64,000 bases of DNA from an uncultured archaeon. Lineage in GTDB: Archaea; Asgardarchaeota; Thorarchaeia; Thorarchaeales; Thorarchaeaceae. Under the pieces are notes generated by a model that saw only the letters and a list, made by a program, of their open reading frames with translations, was not told where the DNA came from and did no database searches. Shown here in pieces: positions 10,588 to 20,380 of this stretch; position 1 is the first letter of the stretch; each line of letters opens with the position of its first letter. The translations under genes and the position numbers were made by a program. The DNA lies in the NCBI GenBank assembly GCA_964610875.1, contig CAZSWP010000001.1, positions 32,001 to 96,000 of the forward strand, read 5' to 3'.

Positions 10588-11040
10588 CTTTACGCCTATT
10601 TTACTGACCATATTTTCGATGAAGACTATTTTGGCGAAGTGCGTATGATGGAGGAATGCAAGAATTGCAGCATATGTCTGAATTCCTGTCCGACTGGTGC
10701 TATTCGCAAGGAGAATTTTGTCATAGATGTTGGAAAATGTATTTCACTGTACAATGAAATGGACTCTGATTTTCCTGATTGGATTCCCATAGATGCTCAT
10801 AATGCATTAACAGGTTGCATGAAGTGTCAATTTAGTTGTCCGGGTAACAAAGATGTAATCAATAAGACCCTACAACTGGGTACGGTTACAGAGAACGAAA
10901 CTAAAGCTATTCTGAATGGAACTCCTTCAGTAGAGCTCCTTGAAAACCTGACAGAGAAACTCAATGGATTCATTCCAGTAACCTCGGAAGAGCATTTCCA
11001 TATGTTCACAAGAAACCTTAGCGTCCTGTTAGAAACCTAA
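10588..11040 (+). pseudogene. 5'-truncated QueG-like (epoxyqueuosine reductase family) 2x[4Fe-4S] protein
   Basis: CKNCSICLNSCPTGAI...KCIS...GCMKCQFSCP; frame extends upstream (LYAYFTDHIFDED) into a poly-T tract, with a stop at 10552; N-terminal half absent. Confidence 0.65.
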
Positions 11041-11107
11041 GATTTTGCGGTCCTAGTTTTTCTCGACAAGAGAAGGTGTCATATAGTTGAGAGTTTACTG
11101 AAAGTCC

Positions 11108-12256
11108 ATGGATGTAATACCTGACTATGCTGGTCATTCGCTGGTTAATTTGATGAGTTCAATTGCTTCATCTCTTGAATTGAATTCTCCGTATCCAGAA
11201 CTCATGGAATTGAATTCTATTGAAATTCAACAGACAGAAAAAGTTGTGCTGATTGTTGTTGATGGATTGGGATATAATTACTTGAAGAAGAAATTGAGAA
11301 GTAGTAATCTTCAGAGAAATCTTCATGGAAAAATGACCTCTGTCTATCCTGCAACCACAGCAACAGCGGTCTCAACATTCTTCAGTGGTCTTCCAGCACA
11401 ACAACATGCTGTTACTGGATGGTGGGTATATCTCAAGGAGTGGGGTATCGTCACTGTAATTCTGCCATTCATGAGTATATTGGGAGGTACGGTTCTTAAT
11501 GCTGAGATCTCCGAAGTCATTGACGTTGACCGTATCTTCACAAAGTGTTCCTACAAGTATTCTGTAATCTTAGGTACATCTATTGTTCATTCAACATTTT
11601 CAAGGCATATGACTGGTGGAGCTAAAAGGAAAGGATATAGGAACATCGATGAATTCTTTGAATCAATTCAATCATGTGTACAAGAAAATGGACACAGCTA
11701 TACCTATGCATACTGGCCTAAACTGGATGACATTGGCCATCGAATTGGTATCATGTCTAATGATGCCATTGCTCATTTAGAGGAGTTCGATGCACGATTT
11801 GGTGAAATGATTGATTCAATTGATGGTACAAATACCACAGTCATTTTGACAAGCGACCATGGTCTGACTGATTCTACTTCTGATTCTAAGCATTATACAG
11901 GTGACCATCCAGTTCTTTATGACACACTGGCATTACCTCTCTGCGGTGATGCACGGTCTGCATATTGTTATATCCGTCCATCGAAAGTAGAGGTCTTTGA
12001 AAGATACATTGAACGAAATCTCAGCGAGTCCTTTGATCTTCACAAGAGTATAGATTTGATAGAAGACAACTGGTTTGGATTGTACGAACCACATCCAAAA
12101 CTGAAGGATCGGATTGGTGATTATACCCTCATTGCAAGAAACAACAATGTCTTGTTACATTCATATCAGGGATTGCCCAAGACTGATTTAGTTGGTTTTC
12201 ATGGTGGAACTACTGAAGATGAGATGTATGTCCCGTTAATAGTAAAGCAGTGTTAA
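11108..12256 (+). CDS. Alkaline phosphatase superfamily (nucleotide pyrophosphatase/phosphodiesterase-like) protein
   Basis: VDGLG, SVYPATT, LDDIGH, TSDHG and GFHGG metal-binding motifs. Confidence 0.88.
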   Translation: MDVIPDYAGHSLVNLMSSIASSLELNSPYPELMELNSIEIQQTEKVVLIVVDGLGYNYLKKKLRSSNLQRNLHGKMTSVYPATTATAVSTFFSGLPAQQHAVTGWWVYLKEWGIVTVILPFMSILGGTVLNAEISEVIDVDRIFTKCSYKYSVILGTSIVHSTFSRHMTGGAKRKGYRNIDEFFESIQSCVQENGHSYTYAYWPKLDDIGHRIGIMSNDAIAHLEEFDARFGEMIDSIDGTNTTVILTSDHGLTDSTSDSKHYTGDHPVLYDTLALPLCGDARSAYCYIRPSKVEVFERYIERNLSESFDLHKSIDLIEDNWFGLYEPHPKLKDRIGDYTLIARNNNVLLHSYQGLPKTDLVGFHGGTTEDEMYVPLIVKQC

Positions 12257-12310
12257 CAAATAGCAATCATCAGTGATTTTATTTTGAATGAGTAAATCCT
12301 AATTTTCATA

Positions 12311-13030
12311 ATGACTCATAATCGACAACTCGTCTATCTGCTGTGTATACTCTTTGTAATAGTTTCATCTCGATCTGTTGATGCACAGACGACATATACC
12401 ACAGTTCGAGTTGGCTATAGAGAATTACAGCTCTCTCCAGAGGACTTTTCATCTGTTCTAACGGACTATGAGCCATTTCGAACCGATACCAGTATTGATT
12501 CCCTATTAGCTTCAAATGATACACTTTTCTGGGAACCCTTAGGACATATTGATCCGAACTATGATTATAATGCTAGTATCAACACAGTAGGTTTTATTCA
12601 AATCAATACAACCGGTTTTTATCAAACACTTATCGGACTCGATTCATTGAACTCTAGCATTTTATGGATATCTCTTCTAGACAATACTGTATCATCAAAT
12701 TTCACTTACATTGTTGAAGCCGCTACGGATTTCTTTGCTAACGATAATCGATATTGGGGGGTATGTGAAGAGATTGTGGTAGTACCAGGTAGTCTTATTC
12801 AAGAAGAAATCCATTATGTTTGGAGATTCACATTCAGGCTTATTGCTGAGGGTGAAAGGTGGACATTACTTTTTGACTCATCAGGTAACTTACTGAACCA
12901 AGCATTAGAAGACATCCCTTGCTCAAGTTGTAATCAGACAACACCGTTTGTTATTCTTGGCGTAACCGGAGCTATTGTTACAATAGTCATGGTATTGTAT
13001 ACTGTAAACAAGAAACGAGCAACTCAATGA
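12311..13030 (+). CDS. Secreted protein with a C-terminal membrane anchor
   Basis: Signal peptide; C-terminal TM followed by KKR. Confidence 0.7.
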   Translation: MTHNRQLVYLLCILFVIVSSRSVDAQTTYTTVRVGYRELQLSPEDFSSVLTDYEPFRTDTSIDSLLASNDTLFWEPLGHIDPNYDYNASINTVGFIQINTTGFYQTLIGLDSLNSSILWISLLDNTVSSNFTYIVEAATDFFANDNRYWGVCEEIVVVPGSLIQEEIHYVWRFTFRLIAEGERWTLLFDSSGNLLNQALEDIPCSSCNQTTPFVILGVTGAIVTIVMVLYTVNKKRATQ

Positions 13031-13452
13031 TGATGTTCAAATCCTTCATCACTAGGCAAGTTAAAACGAAATAGATGGGCATATTCTATTCCTGAGAGCC
13101 CTTTGATTTTGTTTGCTAGTTTCTCTATGCCGTATTTCTTTCCTTTGATGGTAAGAACCTCAAAGCAATGCCTCTTTGTGAGATGTACATGTACTGTTGA
13201 AAGAACGTTGGCTTCAGCACCATGTTGTGCTTCCAAAAGAGCTGTCATTAGAGCTGGTTTATGATGGTAGACAATATTTAGGGATGCAAAAGACCCCTCT
13301 TGATTCGATTCCCATTTTGCTTCAGAAATGAACATCCTCATCGCATCTCGTATAGCTTCCGATCTTCCCATGTATCCTCTTTCTGCTATCAATTTATCAA
13401 ATTGTTCCAGCAGGTCATCGGGAATTGACACACCAAAGCGTTTCATTTCCAT
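13024..13452 (-). CDS. nikR: Nickel-responsive regulator NikR (start reassigned to 13452)
   Basis: RHH KRFGVSIPDDLLEQFD...RSEAIRDA; Ni site QH...HVHL...HC; His-rich tail; divergent from nikM. Confidence 0.93.
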   Translation of the reverse strand: MEMKRFGVSIPDDLLEQFDKLIAERGYMGRSEAIRDAMRMFISEAKWESNQEGSFASLNIVYHHKPALMTALLEAQHGAEANVLSTVHVHLTKRHCFEVLTIKGKKYGIEKLANKIKGLSGIEYAHLFRFNLPSDEGFEHHH

Positions 13453-13470
13453 TCTATCCACCTTATATTG

Positions 13471-13524
13471 AATAACACAATTGCACACATTTAGTAACAC
13501 AATCTCCAGATAAGTAACACATTT
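13471..13524. promoter_or_regulatory. Candidate NikR operator half-sites
   Basis: TAACACA three times (13473, 13495, 13515) at 22- and 20-bp spacing between divergent nikR and nikM. Confidence 0.5.
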
Positions 13525-13578
13525 AAGGTAATCCCTTCCTTCTCGAATAACTTTTGGATATTCTATGAGTGATGTAGT

Positions 13579-14289
13579 ATGCACGTGCCAGATGGACCTG
13601 TACCAATATGGTTGCTCGCGATTCTTTGGGTTGTTAGTATTCTCTTTCTTTTTGTATCTGGAAAGATGGTGAATAAGAAATTTGATGACAAACTCGTTCC
13701 ATATATAGGTGTATTAGCAGCTGTGATCTTTGCTGCGCAGTTTGTCAATTTTCCAGTTCCTCCAGCTTCAAGTGGTCATCTTGTTGGCACAACCCTCTTG
13801 GCGGTGCTGCTGGGTCCATGGGCCGCAATGCTAATTATGGGCCTAGTACTCTTTGTACAGGCTCTCTATGGTGATGGCGGAATCCTTGCTTATGGTTTAA
13901 ACTTTTTCAACATGGGTGTCGTGGGAAGTTTTGTTGGTTGGACTATCGCTTTGATACTATTCAAGGGACTCTCTCGTTTCACTGATGAGAAGAAAGCTGT
14001 AATTCCTGCTACAGCAATTGCTGCTTTTGTAACAATCATTGTATCAGCGTTCGTACTTGGTCTACAACTTCTTTCTGTACCTGGTTTCACATGGGATGCC
14101 GTCATGGTCCTTACCGGTGTTCATGTGATTATAGCAATTGGAGAAGCAATTCTAACATCAGTAATACTTCTTTATTTTGTAAAGGCCAAACCAAGTGTGA
14201 TTTCATTTCTCAAAGACAGCGAAACTAAAGAAATGTCTTGGATAGAAGAGTTCCCATTGGAAAAACCTGTTGCTAAGGAGGTTGATTAA
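13579..14289 (+). CDS. nikM: ECF Ni/Co transporter substrate component NikM/CbiM
   Basis: N-terminal MHVPDG, SSGHLVG and GDGGILAYGLN motifs. Confidence 0.93.
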   Translation: MHVPDGPVPIWLLAILWVVSILFLFVSGKMVNKKFDDKLVPYIGVLAAVIFAAQFVNFPVPPASSGHLVGTTLLAVLLGPWAAMLIMGLVLFVQALYGDGGILAYGLNFFNMGVVGSFVGWTIALILFKGLSRFTDEKKAVIPATAIAAFVTIIVSAFVLGLQLLSVPGFTWDAVMVLTGVHVIIAIGEAILTSVILLYFVKAKPSVISFLKDSETKEMSWIEEFPLEKPVAKEVD

Positions 14290-14574
14290 GTGGAGCGAGA
14301 TACACTGACCAAATTTGTACTACCTGCGATTATTGTGGTATCAGTAATAATATCTATTCTAATCCTATGTGGTCTTGCATCTGAGAATCCCGATGGATTT
14401 GAGTGGACCTTCTTCGATTTTGCTGGCATATCGGAACCAGAAGGTGGCTTTGAAGGAATTTGGAGTTTCCTCGGTGAGGGTCCTTTTGTGGATGTTATAT
14501 CTGGAGTTCTAGGAATCGTCATTGTCCTTATTCTAGGCTACCTAGTCTTCTGGTTCACCTCAAGAAAGTCCTAG
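14290..14574 (+). CDS. nikN: NikN/PDGLE-domain accessory subunit
   Basis: ASENPDGFE motif, two TMs, GGAGGT upstream. Confidence 0.82.
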   Translation: MERDTLTKFVLPAIIVVSVIISILILCGLASENPDGFEWTFFDFAGISEPEGGFEGIWSFLGEGPFVDVISGVLGIVIVLILGYLVFWFTSRKS

Positions 14575-14641
14575 ACCTTAGTAGACTACTCTTTCAAAAG
14601 GAAGTCTTTGTATAGAAGAGAATATAGTATGTGTATTCACT

Positions 14642-15427
14642 ATGAGCAAGTTCCTATTACCATTTAGAGAGGGACAAAATACCCTGAACAGATTCTCTCC
14701 TACTGGTCTCTTCCTTAGTGCGATTGCTAGTGCAGTGGTGATTGCTATTCTGATCAACCCGTTGTTTGTTCTCATTGGATTCCTCTTGGCTATTACCGTT
14801 GGTTCAATTGCAAGAACAAGATGGCGTGTTGTACTGTCCCTGGTGGCAAAATTTGAATTGATTATAATGTTCTGGGTTTTGCTTGAACCATTCATGTATG
14901 GAACTACTATTTTGTACACTTTTACTACTCCATTTGGTCCGTTAAATGTCTATGAAGAAGGACTAATCTTTGGGATATTGCTAGGTCTTCGAATGATCAC
15001 AATTCTCACTATATTCTCCATGACTCTCTCACATATGACACTGACAGAATTTATTAGTGCACTCAGAACACTAAGGGTGCCACCATCAATTCTGGGCTCT
15101 CTTTTGATCATGCTACGCTATGTTCCACTTTTTATGACTGAGAGAAGGCGAATGCAGGAGGCTCAGTCTCTCAGAGGCTTTGAACTAGGTGAGAGATGGG
15201 ACCGCATCAAATCATTGGGTTACTTGGTAGGTACGACAATTGATAGGGCAATGGAACGAAGTGTATCTGTATATGAAGCCATGAAGCTGAGAGGCTATGG
15301 CAGTGGCATGAAAATAAGTGGTGCTGGATTCAAGCGAAGTGACAGCATTCTTGCATTTGCTGTCTTACTCTTTGTACTCTCTTCTTTCTTCTTATTCCCA
15401 TACTTATTGGAGGTTGTTTTACTGTGA
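14642..15427 (+). CDS. nikQ: ECF transmembrane component NikQ/CbiQ
   Basis: LRYVPL, AQSLRG and AMKLRGY (X-R-X) motifs. Confidence 0.9.
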   Translation: MSKFLLPFREGQNTLNRFSPTGLFLSAIASAVVIAILINPLFVLIGFLLAITVGSIARTRWRVVLSLVAKFELIIMFWVLLEPFMYGTTILYTFTTPFGPLNVYEEGLIFGILLGLRMITILTIFSMTLSHMTLTEFISALRTLRVPPSILGSLLIMLRYVPLFMTERRRMQEAQSLRGFELGERWDRIKSLGYLVGTTIDRAMERSVSVYEAMKLRGYGSGMKISGAGFKRSDSILAFAVLLFVLSSFFLFPYLLEVVLL

Positions 15428-16161
15428 CATGTGCAATTGAAGTCCACAATGTCTACTTCAGATATGATGAATTTGCACTCAGAGATATCAATATGGAACT
15501 ACATCTAGCCGAACACAAAGCCATGGTGGGTCAAAATGGGTCTGGGAAGACCACCCTGTTCAAAATCATGTTAGGTCTCTTGGAGCCACATGCAGGGGAA
15601 ATATACATCTTCGAACGCAAAGTCAGTCCTGAGAATTTGTGGGCTATTCGAAAAGATGTCGGATTTCTATTTCAAAATCCTGACGACCAGTTATTTGCTC
15701 CGACAGTTTGGGAAGATGTTGCATTTGGTCCAACGAATCTGGGCCTTCCTGAAGATGAGGTTGAGAAGCGAGTAGAAGAATCATTACGATTTGTTGACAT
15801 GCTTGATTTCATTGAACGTCCCGTGAACCAGATGAGTCATGGCCAAGCAAAACGTGTGGCATTGGCTGGTATTCTAGCAATGCGTCCGAAGATATTGTTT
15901 CTTGATGAACCATTTGCAGGACTGGATTTCAAGATGGTTCGGAAGATGGCTGGCATGATCAAGACACTGAGGAATGATGGAATCAGTATTCTCTTCACCA
16001 CACATAATAGATTCTTCCTTGAGCACTGGGCTGATTCAGTAGTAGCCCTAAGGGATGGCAGAGTTATTTTTGATGGGCTAGCATCGGAAGCTCTTCAAAA
16101 TGAAGAGGTATTAGAACAGATTGGAGACTGGTCCCAGCTTCGTAGAGATCTTTCAATATAG
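15424..16161 (+). CDS. nikO: ECF ATPase NikO/CbiO
   Basis: GQNGSGKT, FQNPDDQLFAPTV, SHGQAKR and LDEP motifs. Confidence 0.92.
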   Translation: MTCAIEVHNVYFRYDEFALRDINMELHLAEHKAMVGQNGSGKTTLFKIMLGLLEPHAGEIYIFERKVSPENLWAIRKDVGFLFQNPDDQLFAPTVWEDVAFGPTNLGLPEDEVEKRVEESLRFVDMLDFIERPVNQMSHGQAKRVALAGILAMRPKILFLDEPFAGLDFKMVRKMAGMIKTLRNDGISILFTTHNRFFLEHWADSVVALRDGRVIFDGLASEALQNEEVLEQIGDWSQLRRDLSI

Positions 16162-16248
16162 TACAATCTCTATTTGGATTTAATATATGTGGATCACCAC
16201 ACAATAGCATTCTAATAATCTCGCTTCGTTATAGAAGAGTGGTAGGCA

Positions 16249-16809
16249 GTGTTATACTTGAAAAAATCGGAGTATTTGCTCTTTACTTTGGTTGGACTAC
16301 TTTTTATTACGCCAACAATTACTCCGGCAAATGCGAATATTCCCAGTTTGGATAACTATCGATTAGGTCCTTTTGTTGAGAAGGTAGTTTTTAACTTCTT
16401 CCAAAACGAAACAGAGATGGTTGCTGGACTTTACAATAATGAAATTGATCTGATTCCAGGCATATCTCCACTGATGTATTCAATTGATACAATGATTGGA
16501 CCGGAAGATGTGGAAATGGATTTCGTCCCATCAAATAGTTATTAAGCATTGACAATAAATTGTCAGAAATACCTCTACAATATAACCGCATTCCGACAAG
16601 CGATTGCTTTTGCTATTGATAAGATACAACTCATTGATGATATTTTCAACGGATTGATGTATCCTCTTGATGGTATCATCTCTTTATCAAATCGCTTCCC
16701 TATAGAAGAGGCTTGGAACAACACACTCACGACTATACTGACAATCAGTGCCATTATTGGATTATGCGGCATTGCGATTGTCTTGATAGTATGTCATGTA
16801 AAAAAGTGA
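16249..16809 (+). pseudogene. Decayed peptide/nickel ABC substrate-binding protein (family 5)
   Basis: Two ORFs in the same frame separated by TAA (16543-16545); GPFVEKVVF and YNITAFRQAIAFAIDK motifs; jumps directly to the C-terminal TM anchor, implying an internal deletion. Confidence 0.7.
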
Positions 16810-16860
16810 AAGAGAATCTTGTCATATGGCGTTCACATCTTATCGAAAACTAGTATTAGA

Positions 16861-16875
16861 CAAAAGCATTATATC
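16861..16875 (+). promoter_or_regulatory. BRE/TATA-like promoter of tRNA-Leu
   Basis: CAAAAGCATTATAT ending about 30 nt upstream of the tRNA 5' end. Confidence 0.55.
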
Positions 16876-16904
16876 AAGACAGAGGTCCAAACAGATTCGC
16901 ACAT

Positions 16905-17024
16905 GCGGAGGTTGCCAAGCCAGGTCAAAGGCGTAGGGTTCAGATCCCTATCCCGTAGGGGTTCGCGAGACTTCCTGTAACTTGTAGACAGGAAGCGCGT
17001 ATTCGAATCTCGCCCTCCGCACCA
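16905..17024 (+). tRNA. tRNA-Leu(CAG) with a 32-nt intron (16970-17001) at position 53/54; CCA encoded
   Basis: Acceptor GCGGAGG/CCTCCGC plus A-CCA; anticodon stem TAGGG/CCCTA with loop TTCAGAT; long variable arm; T arm GCGAG|TTCGAAT CTCGC restored on removing the intron. Confidence 0.92.
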
Positions 17025-17026
17025 CT

Positions 17027-17500
17027 TTACTTTCTCTCAACCTTATAGACGAATATCACTTGGTCATTATTCCAACTGAGATAATGTGATGCATCGCAGC
17101 TTTTCTCAAATCCACACGAGAGATAGAAGTCCTGTGCGTAGGTCATAAAATCTCCCGTATCAACACGGATTACATTCACCAGAGGACTACTCTCTGCAAT
17201 CTCTTTGATTTTGTCGATGAGAGCTTTCCCAACTCCTTTTCGTAGATACTGGTGGTGAGTAATGATTGATACGATTACAAGTGCCCTCCACTCGAACTGG
17301 ATTGCGGAATATCCGATTATTTTTCCAGAATCACCATCTTCAGCAACGAGGATTTTACCGAAGTCCTTGAATGCTTCAAAGACCTCAATTCTAAGCAATT
17401 CATGTTCCAAAAATGGTTCCCCAAAATTTTCAGCATTGAGAATGAGATTCTGCACACTACTCAAATCTTGGGGGTGATATTCTCGTACTCGTACTTGCAT
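17027..17500 (-). CDS. GNAT acetyltransferase (start reassigned to 17500)
   Basis: YLRKGVGKAL acetyl-CoA motif; AQDFYLSCGF. Confidence 0.85.
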   Translation of the reverse strand: MQVRVREYHPQDLSSVQNLILNAENFGEPFLEHELLRIEVFEAFKDFGKILVAEDGDSGKIIGYSAIQFEWRALVIVSIITHHQYLRKGVGKALIDKIKEIAESSPLVNVIRVDTGDFMTYAQDFYLSCGFEKSCDASHYLSWNNDQVIFVYKVERK

Positions 17501-17552
17501 GTTAGATTCTCTTCTCCTTTTTGACTTGAGTTGTTCTTGAAACCCAGACCTA

Positions 17553-17999
17553 CTACTTATCGTCGGGATTTGGCATAAGAAACATGGTTTCGAGACGTTC
17601 CACACCATTGAGTTTCTCAAGCTTACCGGTCATGAAAGAAGAGAGTTCAGCCATGTCCCGTAGTCGAACAATACAGATGAAATTCGCAGGACCTGATGTC
17701 CAGAATATCTTGCCTACCTCTTCAAAACTCTTTAATGATGTATAGATATCTTGTGAGAGACCAGGCTTACATGTAACTAAAATAATGACCTGAATCTCAT
17801 AACCAAGTTTTCGATAATCGATATCAACTGTATATCTCTTTACAAACCCAGCTTCACAGAGTCGTTCCATACGGTTTCTCACAGAACTGGGACTCATCTT
17901 GACTTTTCTAGCAATCTCTCTGAGTGAGCATCTAGCGTTCTTACTCAACATATCGATAATGATTTCGTCTCTCCCGTCTATTCTCTCCACTGAACCCAT
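17553..17999 (-). CDS. Lrp/AsnC family regulator (start reassigned to 17999)
   Basis: NARCSLREIARKVKMSPSSVRNRMERL...DYRKLG. Confidence 0.92.
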   Translation of the reverse strand: MGSVERIDGRDEIIIDMLSKNARCSLREIARKVKMSPSSVRNRMERLCEAGFVKRYTVDIDYRKLGYEIQVIILVTCKPGLSQDIYTSLKSFEEVGKIFWTSGPANFICIVRLRDMAELSSFMTGKLEKLNGVERLETMFLMPNPDDK

Positions 18000-18078
18000 A
18001 CAATCAACCCTATTCTGAAAATGTATCATCCACAACCAAGTGATAAATGGTTGGGAGATATTTACTAAAACCCGCGCT

Positions 18079-18474
18079 TCATTTGACGCGTGTGATGACC
18101 TTCTTGCCCATGATATCCCATATCTCAACTTCTGCATTGAGTTCGATTTTTCTACCAATCTCGTCATCTGTGGGTTTGACAATCTCGTAACTCTCGTATG
18201 TTTCGGAATCCATAACACTCCAGCTCTCGCCCATATCCGCAATTATTGTTCCGCTTCGCTTGTCAATTAAAGGGACATCGACCATACGATCAGCTGGCAT
18301 AATCACATTACGTTTTCTTCCGTCAAAAAATCCTACAGCAGTGATGTTGGCTTTCGCAGAACCATGTTTGCCAGGTTTTGATTTTTCTATGCTTATCACC
18401 CTACATGGTTCATCATCGATGTTTAAGTAACTACCCGGTTTCAGGCTCTTTACAATAGTCTTCTTAATACTCAC
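18079..18474 (-). CDS. eif5a: Translation factor aIF5A
   Basis: SKPGKHGSAK hypusine-site motif. Confidence 0.97.
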   Translation of the reverse strand: MSIKKTIVKSLKPGSYLNIDDEPCRVISIEKSKPGKHGSAKANITAVGFFDGRKRNVIMPADRMVDVPLIDKRSGTIIADMGESWSVMDSETYESYEIVKPTDDEIGRKIELNAEVEIWDIMGKKVITRVK

Positions 18475-18633
18475 TTGAATACACCAGCTCTGCTTCTTTC
18501 TTGCAGTGAATTAAGAATCACTCCTAAGGATTCCAATTATACTTTTCCTTATGAAGGGGTGCCAACTATTTCTACAATAATCGACAAGAGTAAAAGGGAA
18601 TTCGTATGTCCAGACGACGGACGTGACGGCCAT

Positions 18634-19506
18634 ATGATTGAGCACAACCCGAAAATTCTCTCGGAGAAGAGAGCGGTTGGCCTAATTTGTAAACCTGGCA
18701 GACCTGCGATGGAAAAGACCGCAAGTGTGCTGGTCGACATACTGACTGCTAGAAATATTGATGTTCAGGTCGATAAAGGGTCTTGTCTCATAACCCATAA
18801 GCGAACTAATCCAACTGAAATCTCTAAGATGGATGTTGACTTCGCTATCACCATAGGCGGTGATGGAACTATCCTCTACACTCTTTCACAATTGAAGAAC
18901 CGAGAGACCCCGCTCTTCTGCATCAATCGTGGCACTGTTGGTTTTATGACTGAAGCGAGCACAATGCAAGCTGTTTCAACCTTGAAGAAGATACTAGAGA
19001 ATAAATGTATCATAGAGAGTTGTGTGAATCTAACATCTGGTGTTCGGGACAGAGTATTTGAAGAGGCTCTAAATGAGGTATATGTTGTTTCCAGAATTCC
19101 AGGAAGGCTTCTGACGTTCGAAGTAAGGATCAACGGGAACAAGATAGATTATGGAAGAGCTGACGGTGCAATGTTATCTACTCCCTCAGGGTCAACTGCA
19201 TATGCACTAGCTGCAGGTGGCTCGATACTCTCCCCAGGTGTTCAAGGACTCATCTTTGTCCCAGTCTGTCCCCCTCGATTCGAATTGAAGTCACTTGTTA
19301 TTCCTGACTCGTCAAAACTTGAACTCGAACTAGTGAAGAAAGGTGCTCCTGGTTTGGCTGTTATTGATGGACAAGTACAATACGATGTAGAACCATTTGA
19401 AACCGTTTGGATAAAGAAGTCCAAACTTATGTCAAGATTCATCCGTCTTGAAGAAAATTACTACACTCGTCTCAATACTCGCTTGGTGCCTAGAGCCCCA
19501 GAATAG
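18634..19506 (+). CDS. nadK: NAD kinase (start reassigned to 18634)
   Basis: GGDGT, ALNE and DG..STPSGSTAYALAAGG motifs. Confidence 0.93.
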   Translation: MIEHNPKILSEKRAVGLICKPGRPAMEKTASVLVDILTARNIDVQVDKGSCLITHKRTNPTEISKMDVDFAITIGGDGTILYTLSQLKNRETPLFCINRGTVGFMTEASTMQAVSTLKKILENKCIIESCVNLTSGVRDRVFEEALNEVYVVSRIPGRLLTFEVRINGNKIDYGRADGAMLSTPSGSTAYALAAGGSILSPGVQGLIFVPVCPPRFELKSLVIPDSSKLELELVKKGAPGLAVIDGQVQYDVEPFETVWIKKSKLMSRFIRLEENYYTRLNTRLVPRAPE

Positions 19507-20025
19507 GTGAAACAAATGACTGATGTGTACCTGCTTGATGCAGGAGCACTACTGACAAACTGGGTGGACAAACATCCAAAAGAACGATTTATGACAACTA
19601 AATCTGTGGTTGATGAGCTTAGGAATAGACCCAGTCGTCAGAGAATTGAATTTCTATTATCTACGAATCGAATTGAAATCGGCACACCAACACCCTCCTT
19701 TCTTGAGAAAGCAAGGGCATTAGCTAAGCGTAGTGGTGATGAGAAAGTTCTCTCGGATACAGATATAGAGCTCCTCGCACTGGCTTTGGAACAGAGCTCT
19801 GATAGTTCCATAACTTTGGTTTCAACAGATCTTGCGGTTCTTAATGTGGGGGCACATACAGGTCTTATTGTAATGGATCCTGCTGGGCGAATGCGTCATG
19901 TTATCATATGGGGAAACAAATGTCCAGCATGTGGTCATGTGGAGTCTGGAGAAGTCTTGAACAACGAGTGTCCGATTTGTGGCACACAAATGCGCAGAGT
20001 CCGTGTGAAGTCAAACAAGAGATAG
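19507..20025 (+). CDS. nob1: NOB1-like rRNA processing endonuclease (PIN plus Zn ribbon); start may be 19516
   Basis: LLDAGA, LSDTDIELLALA, STD, CPAC...CPICG. Confidence 0.85.
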   Translation: MKQMTDVYLLDAGALLTNWVDKHPKERFMTTKSVVDELRNRPSRQRIEFLLSTNRIEIGTPTPSFLEKARALAKRSGDEKVLSDTDIELLALALEQSSDSSITLVSTDLAVLNVGAHTGLIVMDPAGRMRHVIIWGNKCPACGHVESGEVLNNECPICGTQMRRVRVKSNKR

Positions 20026-20104
20026 TAAAACCCTTCGCAAGTGAGTATTACATAGGTCATACTCCAGATTATGTGAGCTCACATTCTACTCGTATGATAG
20101 GTGC

Positions 20105-20380
20105 TTGGTAATGCGACAAAAGAAACCCCTTACTATTGATAGAGATATTGAAGATGTGAAAGCACAGGTCAAAAAGGAACTTGATACTATTCGTAGTCTA
20201 ATGGACAGTTATTCATACAGAAATACCCCCCCAGGTTGGACAATGCCATTCCAGTTGCATCGACTTAGACGTGCATTGAGAATCCACTATTTGGCTCTAA
20301 AGATACGTGAAACAACACCCGTTCCTGATAGTGTTAGAGAGCTTGTTTGGGATTTAGATGGTGACCAAATCACATTCTGA
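20105..20380 (+). CDS. Small hypothetical protein
   Basis: 91-aa ORF filling the intergenic gap. Confidence 0.55.
   Translation: MVMRQKKPLTIDRDIEDVKAQVKKELDTIRSLMDSYSYRNTPPGWTMPFQLHRLRRALRIHYLALKIRETTPVPDSVRELVWDLDGDQITF

Noticed and set aside
13453-13584. N-terminal extension of NikR in the ORF track (likewise for the GNAT at 17620, Lrp at 18242 and NAD kinase at 18475)
   Set aside because: The extensions run through promoters or neighbouring genes; family homology starts at the downstream Met
14287-14292. nikM and nikN abut in the same frame, resembling a broken NikMN fusion
   Set aside because: The stop is TAA and a GGAGGT RBS precedes the GTG, consistent with two genes
16543-16545. In-frame stop as possible Sec/Pyl recoding
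   Set aside because: The codon is TAA, and the gene is also internally deleted
19504-19518. In-frame TAG between NAD kinase and NOB1 suggesting pyrrolysine readthrough or fusion
   Set aside because: Both proteins are complete, and the TAG overlaps an AGGTGA ribosome-binding site for the downstream ATG, so ordinary coupling explains it
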